Of a stretch of DNA of 64,000 bases, positions 38,698 through 51,185 are shown one piece after another. The position numbers and the translations under genes are program-made. The notes under the pieces are model-generated. The model saw only the letters and a list, made by a program, of their open reading frames with translations. It ran no database searches and was not told where the DNA came from. This stretch comes from Hydrolagus colliei (lineage: Eukaryota), in assembly GCA_035084275.1 (NCBI GenBank), contig CM068742.1, positions 143,592,001-143,656,000 of the forward strand, written 5' to 3'. Every line of letters starts with the position of its first letter. The stretch's first letter is position 1.

Positions 38698-40369
38698 TGT
38701 TCTAACCCAGCCAATCAGCCCATTCAAGCCTGTTGCCAACTGCTCTACTGAATTTATGTAGTATATTGTACTCTCATCCAAATCAGCTGTTTGTTTTCTG
38801 CACTCTTGGATTGTTTCTCTTTGAATAACGTATGCAGGGTTTGTGTCTCTAGTTTAATTGCCGGACTTCCTACCACTTGTTTAGTCTGCCCTGTCACAAC
38901 CAAACTCCTTTTAAATGTGTCTCATTTTGAAATCGCTAACACAATAACTGTCTATAAATTTCCTGCTTACCTCTTAGGAAATAAAACAGTGAGCTTTCAT
39001 ATTTATTAGACCTTTGCTGTGGGGCTGGAGGGAGGAGTCATACAATGGCTTGCACAAACCAATGGCTTATCACTTCTCCCTCTGTGTTTGAAAGCAACAC
39101 TCCAAACAACAAGGCCACTCACTCAAGTAAGGAGTAAGTAAGGAGATTTAGCACTTTTCTTTTACAGGAGACAGTATGCTCAGCCCATGGAAAGGTGTTG
39201 CACTCTTGTCCATCCAACACCCCTGCTGGCACAGCAGAGCAGTTTAGAGGTTTAGAAGCCTGCTGGAAGGAGTTCAAAGACCATTTTCTCACTTTCCTAA
39301 CCTCAAAGCTTCTGTTTGACGTTCAGTAACAAGCAGGCAGGATGTACTGAAGCTGCATGAGGAGGAAAAACACTTCACACATGCTAAGAGGTGTATCCGC
39401 AACTCAGCTTGATGCAGTTAGTGCAAATGCCACTGATAGTCCCCAGTCCTTTTCTTACATTATAACAGAAATACGGCACAATCCTAGATTTATAAAGCAC
39501 CTTTAACAAGTTTCTTAAACTCTCTTGGTATATATTTCCTAAAGGCCTGCTTCATCTGAACCGAACTTGTGATCTAATTATTCTCAGTACTTTATCATTA
39601 CCATTCTGAAACAGCAACTTCAACCACAACTTGCACTGAAACAGCCGCCTTCTTGAAGGGCAGCTTCTCAAAGCGACTTCTTTTTCTCCCAATAATCAAC
39701 TACAGGTCAGCACTCTGGGGAATAGTGACACGGCACACACAGTCACACAATCACACTGAATAGTGACGTAGCACATAGAGTGACACAGCACACACAGCAT
39801 ATACAATGCCATACAGTGGCACACAGTGATAGCGCACATGCAATAGTATTGTGGAGGTATTTCTTTCAGGCAGCTACTTCCCACTCACTTCGAAACACAG
39901 TGAGTGAAGCAAGCCTATAATCTATGAGAAATGCGTACTCAGCTTTAATCTTCTCTCCCACATGGGGAGGGAAATCATTTTGTGCCAAGTGGAGCTATTG
40001 ATGTATTGACCTCCTGCCTGGCAGACGTCTAGTTGTGGATGAGCCTCAATTTCCTTCATCTTAACACGGACAAAACAAAAGCCGCCCTCTAATCAGCTTC
40101 CAGCATCGCCCTTTGCCTTTGCCTCCAATCACCTCAACCTTTCTGGGTGCTCTTTCCACCTCACTGAGCCTGTAAAAAGCCTTGCCATCTAGTTTGATCT
40201 TTACCTCTCTTCCCTTCATTATATCGGTTTCTGACCAATACCACTTGTCTTTATTTTCACATCACCTGTCTATGTTCTCATCTCACTTCCAGTATGCTTG
40301 AAATCCTTATCCAGTCCTTTGTTACTTCCAGACTTGCCCTCCGCAATGCCTCCTCATCGATCTGCCCAG

Positions 40370-40600
40370 CTCTAACACTCACTAGTTTCAATACATCCAA
40401 ACTTTAGCCACTCGCATCCTTACCTGCCTATCTTTGCCTATCCTCACCTTGCCTCTCAGCGGAACAACTTCAAAATTATTACACCCAACTGTTGCTCTCA
40501 ACGTAGCCTTCAGCCACTGTGGCTCTAACCTCTGCAACTCCTTCCCTAACTAAATGCCTCCACCCTGTCCCCTGAAAACCTGCCTCTTCAATCATGCCTA
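40370..40600 (+). mobile_element. highly decayed L2 fragment
   Basis: QYIQTLATRILT, AFSHCGSNLCNSFP and LKTCLF remnants. Confidence 0.6.
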
Positions 40601-41304
40601 CAGTAAAACGGTGGTAAAATAAGAGGACATAGGTTTGGAGTTGCAAAGTGCAATTTCAGGACATGCACCAGGAATTTTCTTTTGTTTTAAAGTGCTCCTA
40701 CAACAAGAAATTGCATTTGCATAGCTCCAAGACACTTTATAGAATGAAGGGAGCTATATTAATGGAAGCTATTGATGTTATTACACTCACCTCCCTCTTC
40801 CCCCTCATCTCTTCTACCAGTGTCCAGCAACACCACTGCAAAGTGCTTTGAGACATTGCCCTATTGCAAAGAAACCTGGGTCAAGCTATTGTTGATTCTA
40901 CTTCCTTTTCATTAGCAATGAGCTGAGTCAGCTAGCAGTTGATCAGACAGTAGAGAAGGGCATAATTTTTCCTCCTTCAGAGCAGAGATCAATATATCAA
41001 CTTGGTGTGATACTCTGCTGCCTGAGGAAATCAATCCCTACTCTGGATTTGAACCCTTCATACTCTTCAAGCAATGGCTTAACTCAGCTTAGTACCTCAC
41101 TGTGGCACAAAGTCTCACAAGCTCATGGAAAGGGTTACTGATCCCTACATTAAATTACTTTTCAGCTATCTTGGACGTCAGTTTAAACCAAAATGTCATC
41201 TGTCTGTTCAGTGGACGTTAAAGATCCCAGGGCACTATTCGAAAAGAGAAGGGAGTTTCTCCTGGCGTTGTGACCGACAATCCCCTGGATAAAATTGGTC
41301 ACTT

Positions 41305-42651
41305 TTTGAACCCCTCCAATCAGGTTTCCGCCCTATTCACAGCACAGAAACTGCCCTGGTTAAGGTCACAAATGACATCCTAACCGCCTGTGACCAGGGC
41401 TCCCTCTGCCTCCTCGTCCTCCTTGACCTGTCTGCTGCGTTCGACACAGTCGATCACACCATCCTCCTCCAACGTCTTTCCTCCTTGACTGGTTCCATTC
41501 TTATTTGACCCACCGTTTACATTTTGTTTCTTCCAACGGTTTTTCCTCAAAACCCCGCAGTTTCTCACAGCGTCCCTCAGGGCTCTGTTTTATGCCCCCT
41601 CCTTTTCACCCTTTACACGCTCCCTCTGGGCGACGTCATCCGCAAACATGGGGTAAATTTCCACATGTATGCGGCCGACACCCAGTTGTACCTTTCTGCC
41701 TCATCCCTCAACCCCCAGACCATCGATGTTCTGACAGCATGTCTGTCCGACATCGAGTCCTGGACGAGGGACAACTTTTTGCAATTGAACGTGAGTAAGA
41801 CCGAGGCCCTCCTGATTGGCTCAAGCCAGCGCCTCCGCACATCGGGCGCTGCCAGCCTCAACATCCAAGGCTGCACTCTCCACCTCACAAAGCCAATCAG
41901 GAACCTCGGCATCATGTTCGATCAAAAATTTTCCTTCCTCCCTCACATCCTCGCCTTGACCGGCACCGCTTATTTCCACCTGCGCAACATTGCCAGGCTC
42001 CGCAACTATCTCACCCCCCGCGCTGCCGAAACACTCGTGCACGCATACATCACCTCACGGCTGGACTACGGAAACTCTCTCCTCGTCGGCCTCCCCAGTT
42101 CCTCCATTCACAGGCTGCAGACCATCCAAAACTCTGCAGCCTGTGTACTATCCCGCACCCGCCTCCGTGACCATATAACCCCCACTCTCGCCCGTCTCCA
42201 CTGGCTCCCCATCCTCCAGAGGATCGAGTTCAAGATCCTCGTCCTCACCTACAAGGCCTTACACGGCCTTGCCCCATCCTACCTAACCGATCTACTCTCC
42301 CCCTACACGCCCACCGTTCAACAGGACTTGGCCTGCTCCAAGCCCCCCGCCCGAACCGCCCCACCATCGGAGGCCGGGCCTTCAGTTTCTCCGCTCCCAC
42401 CCTATGGAATGCCATCCCTCAATCCCTCCGTTTCGTTTCTTCCCTTTCCTCTTTCAAGGCCGGTTTGAAGACTTTCCTCTTCGATCGTGCCTTTTGTTCC
42501 ACCCCGAACTCTTTTACTTCCCCTTCGTGTTTCACCCCTTCCCAACCACTCCCCTCTCAGCTCGGGTCACACGCCTCCTGTGCAGCGCCTTGGGACGTCC
42601 TCCCGACGTGAAAGGCGCTCTATCAATGTAATTTGTTGTTGTTGTTGTTGT
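41305..42651 (+). mobile_element. 5'-truncated L2 LINE, reverse transcriptase domain through 3' tail (inactive)
   Basis: [52 protein letters not shown] (YADD mutated), [24 protein letters not shown]; frameshifts near 41485 and 41560; (TTG)n tail; inserted in a family-B SINE (~41172-41304 / ~42652-42770). Confidence 0.97.
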
Positions 42652-43049
42652 CATTCACTTCAAGGCTGTTTGTGAGACATTGGGCAAATTGATTCCTGCG
42701 TTTCTCTACAAGTACACAGTCACTACAATTACGAGCTTTGATGTTATAGGCGCTGTATCAAACATAAGAATCTCTCTGTTTGACTGTGGGCTCAGTAGTC
42801 TTATCGGTATTTACCCCACACATTTGAAATCCTGATCACTTACAACTATTTGACTAGTTTATTTTTAAAGGTGTTAACTGATGCAGAATTAACTACCTTT
42901 GTGGCAAATGCCCAAAGCGGGAGAGGGGAGGGAGCAGCAGATAGCCCATACGCACTTCCCATTTTCTCAATTTCCTGATCCCACCCCACCACCACTCCCT
43001 TCCCACACTCCAGGCCCCTCTCCCCTCGACTCCACACTACAGTTGAATC

Positions 43050-43318
43050 CAACACAATATTGATAGCAGAGTTGAGGAAACATTTCTTCACTCAGAGGGC
43101 AGTGAATTTATGGAATTCACTACCCCAGAAGATGCTCAGTCCTTGAACATTTTCAAGGAATGAGCATATTTTTTTATAAAAAAGAGGGATTAAGGGATAA
43201 AGGGATAGGATAGGTAATTAGAGTTAGGTCAGAAGATCAGCCATGATCTTTTCAAATGGCAGGGCAGGCTCGAGGGGCCGAATGGCCTACTCCTGCTCCT
43301 AATTCTTATGTTCTTATG
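43050..43318 (+). mobile_element. CR1 LINE 3' end
   Basis: GGAAACATTTCTTCACTCAGAGGGCAGTGAATTTATGGAATTCACTACC (RKHFFTQRAVNLWNSLP); GGGCCGAATGGCCTACTCCTGCTCC; (TTCTTATG)2 tail. Confidence 0.9.
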
Positions 43319-44200
43319 TAATATCAGCCCAACACTGTGACATGGTCAACAAACCATCCCCAAAAAATAAATCAAGCACGGCTGTCCTCTGGAGACCTTC
43401 CAACCAGTCAATTTGAAGGGCACAAATGAGCTGACACTGAATGTCACATTATGCTCCAACGTCTGCGGCATTAAGGAAAGGTCATGTCAACCATCATTAT
43501 TAGTATATCACGAGGATATGATCCAATTTACTATCAATACACACTGCCGACATGAAGAGAAGGGACACCCTTCCCTCGCCCCCAAGGAACCGAGTAACAA
43601 ACACTATGTGATTGGAAAAATAATTAGTTACAATACCTCTCACAGTTGCCTACTGAAATCACCTCAATGCTGCATGTCAAAGGCCAGCGTTTGATACCAG
43701 TCATCCTTATGCGACTCACTCTGAGGGCAATTTTATGTGCAGTGTTGACACACACTGCTTTGAGTAACTAATACCCGATTGAGCCACAACAGTTTTAGCT
43801 GCAGACCTGGTGCTATTTGCTATCAATAGTATCGTGCTGAGACTTGAGTCAGTGATGGGTTTGCTCCCTATCTGCTGTTCAGTTCAGGGATCGGAGGAGT
43901 ATGGGAGGGAGAGGTGAGGTGGGGAGGGGGTGGGGTTCTCTGGTGGAAAATATGGTCTTTAAATCTGGGTTTTTTAAATGTTTTTTGCTTATTGTTTGCC
44001 CAGAGCAAAGTTGATCGTGTACTGGCACAGCCGTTGCCGTGTTGATGCCTTGGGAGCATTGGCACGGCGCGAGATTCCATTTTCCTGCCACTGCAGCTCG
44101 TGTTGGCACGGGTTCAGGTTTTTGTTTTTCCGGCTCCTTCTCTCATCAATCCCCTTCCCCGGCTCCTCTGTCGTCCCGTTTCCCCCCCCGCCCTCCCAGC

Positions 44201-44201
44201 T

Positions 44202-44232
<31 letters not shown>

Positions 44233-44233
44233 T
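44201..44233. repeat. (TTTA)n microsatellite
   Basis: direct reading. Confidence 0.9.
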
Positions 44234-45078
44234 TTTGCATTTGTATAGGGTGGATGTGCCTTTGGGGGAAGTGAGACGGTGAGTGGTAGTGGGAGGAAAT
44301 GAAAAACACTGCAACACTTCAAATCATTCAAGATTTGGGCGATCTTGGGAGCTTCATTTTTCCACTTGGTTTAATAGCGAAAGCACATTAAAAGCTCCAC
44401 TGATCGTGCGCTTACCTACCTTTACAAAGATTGCATTATACCTATCTGATGAACACACATTTCGCTAAAAGTCACTTGAACAAGGTGAAGACAGGATTAA
44501 AAATGTTTTCAAGGTCATCTTAAGGACTTCTATGTACGTGTCATTTGTTCAGCAGCTGTCATATTTTCCAGTCCTACTGTCTTTCTCTCTCTCTTTTCCT
44601 CTCTCTCACTGCCCACCAACCCCCCCAACCTCCCCGCCCCTACTCACCAGAGCCAATCGTAAGCTAAAAATGACGAAATGGCATTACAAGCTATTGTTAT
44701 CTGCCCAGCCTCTCTTGCAGTGCAGCAAAGAGCTCTAGCACAAACACCACAGCAGACATGTCCCTCTGCGTGACTGGCATTTAAAAATCAAATCAACGCA
44801 ATTCCACTTGTAACTTACCCGCCATCCTCTGCCACCCCACCTTTCTCTTCCACCACCACTCCTCCCCCCACCCCGCGCATACATGCATACAAAGACAGAG
44901 CAGAGCAACAGAGCTTTAAAGAGACCCGCAGGAGGCAACACTGGCTGTGGCAAGTGAAAAACATCACAGCAAAACACAACCTTCATTCGATAACCACCAT
45001 TGCATTTGCGAGCAGGCCGAGTCTGGCCTTCGTGGCTTTGGTGAAAGGAAATCTGAGGGAGGCGGGACACAATCTTAC

Positions 45079-45187
45079 CACATAAAAGAGCCTGAGCAAT
45101 CCAACTTTCGACAAGCAACAAGACTCCAATTAAACCACCTCTTACACATCCGCATGAGTACAAGAAAAGGAATGAGTCCTGTCGCAT
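45079..45187 (-). other. candidate coding first exon
   Basis: two open frames run to GTG|GTAAGA: MRQDSFLFLYSCGCVRGGLIGVLLLVESWIAQALLC (phase 1, hydrophobic) or MRMCKRWFNWSLVACRKLDCSGSFM (ATG at 45155, phase 2); no recognised homolog. Confidence 0.3.
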
Positions 45188-46735
45188 CTGCACACTTACT
45201 GAGTGAAAGCTTCAGGATGCTCCCCACCCCTCCCCCCTCCCCCCCATGTAAAATCTCGGCATTCATTTGTTTTCGTATCTCCACCTCAAATCCAGCTTAA
45301 AATATTATATGACGGGATTTATATCGTGAGAGTAACAAGACTCCAGGAAGCCAGTGCTGCTCAATGCACATTCCTTTTTCATCCGAGCTGGAATGTTGCC
45401 ACTGTGCACAGAGCTAGGCCACGTACGATGCATTTGAATGGAATGAGTACAAATATACCCACCCCTCCCTCTCTCTCTCTCTCTCTCCAACCTCCCGCCC
45501 AACCCTCCTCCACCACCACCCACTCACACCATCTTGCCAGATGATCCTCTTTCTGTGAGAAGTGTGATCAGATCAGAACGAAAACACAGATCACACTAAC
45601 AAATTGAAGTGAGGAGGTCACAATCTTTAGTGAAGTGGTGCCTGGATAAGCACTCTGGGGTGCTATCCTGCACAAGGGGTGCTCTATAAATGCAAGTTGT
45701 TGTTGCTGTTGTTGTGGCCTGAATGGTGAATGAACTCTGGATCAGACAAAGCGATTAGAAGTTTAACTTCTGTGGGTGTCTTGAGAATCCATCCCAGGAT
45801 CCCACAGGATGAGGTTGAGATAATTTTCTATACTCTTGGGCTTGGATGGGCAACTAGGGGAGGTGCACAAACCTGTCTCACTCCTAACCAGAGCTAAAGA
45901 AAATGGAAAAGCAATATATTTTAGAACCCTACAAACCACAATGAACCAACTCTTTCACCACAAACTAGCAGCTGCTTTAAAGTTGGCACTGGTAGAGTCT
46001 TGAAACCAACTCATCCGATCACACTCTCACTACTTGCTGTGACGAGACCCAAAGAGACAGTGGGAGGAGGTGGAGGGACAGATTGGAAAGGGAAACAGTA
46101 CAAAATGAACACATAGTACAACACCTAATGTCTAGCTGTCAGAATTGATTTGCATTTTACACAGTGATACTGTAAGAATCTTTATAAAATCTTTGAATTT
46201 GAATAAATAACTCGGTTACATTAAACTTTGTTGATAAACCATCAGAATTATTGTTTCTGTCACAGACTTGTAATAGATTATAAGATCTCAAACAACAACA
46301 AGGGAGGGTACAGGAAATTTCTCACGGCCAGCAGGTTTAGATGGGGGAAGAGTTAAATGATTAAAAGTTTAGTTAATACAAATTTTAACTGTGCCCATGT
46401 ACATGGTCAAGTTAGAAAGGACTGAAATACGTTTTGATTATAGAGTATCATCTTTGATTTCCCAGCTATGTAGGTATAGCTCCTGAATAGGCTACAATTT
46501 CAAGGCACAATGCATATGAAGCATTTTTTCACACAAAAGGCTGTGAGAATGTGAATTGTACTACCCCTGAAGGTTGTAAAGCTAATATCAAAAGGGAGTT
46601 AGATAATTGGGAAGTAAAGGTATTGAGTGTTATGGAAACTTCGTAGAAATAGGATTGAAAGATCAACGACAATTTATTGAACAGACGGAATGGGCTGTAT
46701 AACCTTATCCATTTCCTATGTTTTCACTTCCTACG

Positions 46736-46800
46736 CAACAACAACAACAATTTACATTTATATAGCGCCTTTCACGTCGGGAGGACGTCCCAAGGCGCTA
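46736..46800 (-). mobile_element. extremely 5'-truncated, young L2 tail
   Basis: reverse complement of AGCGCCTTGGGACGTCCTCCCGACGTGAAAGGCGCTATATAAATGTAAATTG(TTG)n with CpGs intact. Confidence 0.92.
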
Positions 46801-48374
46801 AAATGGAGGTACGCAAGATGGAGGTCAACAAATAAAATCAACTAGGTTAATGCTCAATGGAAGAAATCAACTTGTTAGTGATCCTGGCTCAAATTTCCAC
46901 ACAGTTTCTATTGTTATACTGTTGTTCTTCAGAAGGAAAATGGTGTCCAGAGCCAAGAAGAGAAAAATGGCAAGACAACAATGTTTCAATAAAATAGTAT
47001 CCCTTCAGATACTGTCAGAAAAACCAGCAAGCTGGGAATATTAATACCAATTAATAATACTTTTGGCACTCTGGCAATAAATTGTCTCACATTAATTTTT
47101 GCTACCTCCCATAAAAAAAGTTTGCTTCAATAATTAATCCAATAATAATGTCTCTGTTATACTGGAAAACTGAAAAGAGGCAAGTTGATAAGAAAGCATG
47201 TCTTCAATCAGCTGGGAATCCTCCATTTGCTTTGAAAGAACACGACAAGTCTATTATTACTGTTCCATTAGCATTGATGCTGCTACTGTATTTGCTTTCC
47301 TCTGAATCTAAAAAATTATAATGGAGAACTCATCATTGACACACCGACAAATCCAGAAGAGAATGCTTTTGAGATAACGCTTTGAGGCATTGAAACAATT
47401 CACAAGATTTCCTTAGGCGAATCTGAATGTACAACATAGCGTCATTCAAACTGCATACCATGCAGATTTAAAATTGCATATTCCATGCAGTGCACGAAGC
47501 AAGCTGATACTCATTCAATAAAGCATTACTGTGTGCATTACTGTAAACATTGAGAACAATTTTACGGAGTCAATATTACAATAACTTACTGCGGAATTAT
47601 GCCTTTAATCAGCTTATTTTAAAAAAGCTTTACACTAAATTATTTTTAAAAAGCTTTACACTAAATTATGAATATTGCTTGCTATTTTAACGTTTTTTTT
47701 AATGTTTAATCTCTTTTCAAACAACAAAAATGGCCAACCTCAAAGTCGCCCGGCTACTATTGATATCACTTCCTTCATGATATCAGCATCGCTTCCTGTG
47801 AGTCATACGTGTGCACAGCGAGATGTTAACTGTTGCTTCCTGCACACTGCACTTGTGCAGTGAGCAAGAAGTGACATTGTGGAATTCTACTGATTTGTAA
47901 TGCAAACATTTTCATCACTGAACCACCCCCCACCCCCACCCCACCAAAAAAAATAGTTTTTTCAATGAAAATATACTGATACCGTGTAAAAAGACAGATA
48001 TTGATGTTTATCGATTTTTTGTAAAGCTAGGCATATGAAGAAGCACCTGTAACAGGCCCCATGTTGTAACACAAAACTCGTTGGCTTCTACGGTCTTAAA
48101 TAAATTATGGGTAAATTAAGATAATTAAGGGTTAAGCAGAAAAAGTTTAGAAGCAAATCAGAAGCTGTCAGAAATCAGGCCTGTAACATACAAGGTAATC
48201 AACATGTCAAGCTGTGATAAGATATCAAGTTGGTCATTGTAATATTATGATATTGTAAAAAGATCTGGATGATAAAGTCCTTGCAAATCCCATCAACAAA
48301 AATGTTAAACTACTAATTTTGTTGTTTAACACTGAACCACATTTTCTCAGAGTTAACATTGGTGATCTCAGTAG

Positions 48375-48665
48375 ATAATAATTATCCTTAGTAATCCTTA
48401 CATTTGATATACAGGTAGTGCCTTATTATTCTTCACATTGTCTCAAGGTGCTTCACAGAATGTTGCAAAGTGAATTTACTGTATATTTTGTGGATGAAAT
48501 GCGTCAGGCAATTAGACACAATTAGGTTTGTGTCTCACAAACAGCCATGGATTAAATAACCAAATTATTATTTCCTTTTAAAGGGGATTTTTATTCCCAG
48601 AAAAGCAAGTTGACAATCAACTAAGTTCCTACTTAAGTTCCTACTTACTGCTAGGTAAACAGATG
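48375..48665 (-). mobile_element. SINE family A (long variant), 3' part
   Basis: tail, Deu block, TTCCTACTTACTGCTAGGTAAACAG segment with a 12-bp duplication. Confidence 0.7.
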
Positions 48666-49279
48666 TTACCAATTCTAACACATATAGGCATTGCTATCTA
48701 TATCAGTAGGTTGAGATTTCAAAGCCAACATCAAGAGTTGGTTTTATAGGTTAGACTGACATTCTAGTGAAGTGGGGGAGGCATGGTGTTGGAGATGCCA
48801 TTCGTCAGGTGAGGTAATAATCTCAGGTCCCACCTGCCTGTTCTTCAACTAGACATGAAGTATTCTCACGTGAGACTTTTCGAAACAAAAAGAGCTCCTC
48901 ACAGTGTTTTATTGCTTTCATTTGATAATTCTATAAGATTTTGTGTTCATGATGCTAGTGACATCCAGTTGGAGCTAATCAGTGCTCACAAAATTGGTTT
49001 GGATGAAGAAGGCCCTTTGGGCCATTTAGTTCCATCCTTCCAAAATACTCACCCTCCATTCTCCTAATACTATGTTAAGCTGTAGTTTTGAATGAATCCA
49101 TTGTCATGGTTTTAAGCATCCCTCGTGACAACACGTTTCAGTAGCCAATTACCCTCTGTATAAAGTTCTGCACCAACTATCAGTTTGAAAGCAAATATTT
49201 CAAGCAAAGATTTGGAAGCAAAAAAACACCCTCAGCTCTGCCAAAAGGGAAACACCGTGACCCCAAAGTGCAGGATATA

Positions 49280-49332
49280 GTGAACGATACAGATTGAGAA
49301 TCTTGTGAACGATACAGATTGAGAATCTTGTG
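49280..49332. repeat. perfect 25-bp tandem duplication
   Basis: GTGAACGATACAGATTGAGAATCTT twice. Confidence 0.9.
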
Positions 49333-49375
49333 CCAGTTGGACTCTGACATGCCCTCAAATGTAGCTCAGGTGCAT

Positions 49376-49675
49376 ATAATAATAATAATCATCCTTGCAT
49401 TTGATATAGTGCTTTTCATGTCTTCTAGACTTCTCAAAGCGTCTCAAAGGTTCACAGAATATACTGTAAAATGAATTGACTGTATATGTGGGAGGAACGC
49501 AGCAGCCAATTGCACACAGTAGTGTCCAATAAACAACCGTGGATTGAAATGACCAATGTTTTAATTGATTATTATCAGGCGTGTGGAATAAGGAAACTTG
49601 CCCAAGGTTTTGCCCTACCCAAAATCGAACACAGTTCTCTCACTTGTAAGGTGAGTGCTCTAACCACTGAGTTAA
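49376..49675 (-). mobile_element. SINE family A (short variant)
   Basis: same organisation as 17336-17647. Confidence 0.88.
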
Positions 49676-50200
49676 CAATGGAATAATGGAGAGTGTGGAT
49701 AACAGACAAGGAGGCCTGCAAGGTAAGGTCTCAACAATAGCTGCCTATGTATAGTCCCTCACAATACACCAGCAATCACCGAAAGTCAATCATACATTTA
49801 ATATTCTCAAAGATCAATTGAGCTGCAATTCACAGGAATGTATCTATGTTATCAAAAGATCAAGTAAATTCCATGCATGGAAAATTCATTTTGGCCGTTA
49901 CCCTGTGAGATATGCACAGTTGAGAGCATTTCAATCCTGACTCACACATTTAAATGTTACCTGTTTATGTGCATGTGAAAAAAATATATTTGCCTACAAT
50001 TTCAAAAGCTCTTTCCTGCAGAAAAGCAGCAGCAATTGAACTCCGCAGCAGTTGTATCTTAAATGATTATTATAGAAACTAGTACTGTACATAATATTAG
50101 AATTTGTTTATGTGAAAACCTCGGATTGCAATCCAAGCATGCAGGCAAAATAACCTACATTATAGAATTAGCAAAGATGACCAACCTCCATACAGAGGTA

Positions 50201-50414
50201 CAGTAAAAGCTCGTTTATCCGGCACCCGATGAACCGTAACTTCCGTATAACTGTCATCGCAAATAAAAGGTCCGCATTCGATTAACCAGAATTTATCCGG
50301 AAAAATGCATTGGAAAAAAAAGCCTTTTTTTTGTGTTTTTGGCCAAATATCCAGCAGGTGCTTTAACCTATGTTGGTCAGGTCCCGAGGATGCCGCATAA
50401 ATGGGCTTTTACTG
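50201..50414. mobile_element. MITE related to 29674-30063, 214 bp, opposite orientation
   Basis: TA|CAGTAAAAGCTCGTTTATCCGGCACCC ... GGATGCCGCATAAATGGGCTTTTACTG|TA; subterminal TTGGTCAGGTCCC mirrors GGGACCTGCCCAA of the other copy. Confidence 0.88.
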
Positions 50415-50649
50415 TATCTCCAAACACTTGACTATTTAGTTATTTACATAATTGTTGGTAAAAACAAGGCACAGAATAATGAGACACTCAACTGCCTATC
50501 AAGTCTGAATTGTAAATAGCTGAACCAACAACAACTTGCCTTTATATGGCGCGCTTCAAGCAGGGTAGCATTCTGGAGACCTTCAAATCATGCAATATAG
50601 AAAGGATCCAGATTTAATCCCTCAAGACAATAGGATTAGACAGTCTGGT

Positions 50650-51185
50650 ATCAACCTGGTTCAATTACTATAACTCTTGTTTCTGAGTCAGGAACTTGTA
50701 CGTTCAAAGTTGAAGTCTGGACTTTGAGCTCATAGTCAAGAGCAATACTCCCAATTCCCGTCTTTTCAGTGATTCCGTCCTTTGGAGGAACCATCAAATC
50801 AAGATCCGATCTGCTTGGTTGGGTAGATGTTAAAGATCTCATGACACTATTCAGAAAAGAGAAGTTTGTACCAGTGTCCTGGCTGACAATCCTCCATATA
50901 AATAAATTGGAAGATTTTATTTTCTGGCTGTTTATCAGACTTGCTGTGTGAAAAATGGCTACCGCATTGACCCATAAATACATAGAATCATAGAATTATA
51001 CAGCACAGAAGAAGGCCGTTCAACTCATCGTATCTGTACTGTCTCTTTGAAAAGAGCTATCCAAATCAAACCCATTCCCTTGCTTTCCTCCCATAAGACT
51101 GCAAAATTGTCTTCCTACATTGTACAGAAAACTCTCTGAAGCACTTTGAGATGTTTCAAAATGTTACAGTTCTACATCAAAATCA
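50650..51185 (+). mobile_element. family-B SINE with nested minus-strand CR1 tail (~50981-51115)
   Basis: GGGTAGATGTTAAAGATCTCATG core; CATAGAATCATAGAATTATACAGCACAGAAGAAGGCC CR1 tail; SINE tail resumes at ~51116. Confidence 0.75.

Larger units (their letters stand above)
43900..45550 (-). promoter_or_regulatory. repeat-poor, CpG-richer island; candidate alternative promoter / first-exon cluster
   Basis: no SINE or LINE over ~1.6 kb, more CpG than flanks, C-rich tracts, CCAAT at ~44653; minus-strand donors with GT at 45199, 45078, 44818, 44647. Confidence 0.4.

Noticed and set aside
41524-42468. 314-aa ORF as a host or domesticated gene
   Set aside because: It is an L2 RT fragment with a non-ATG start created by a frameshift, a mutated YADD motif and an intact retroposon tail
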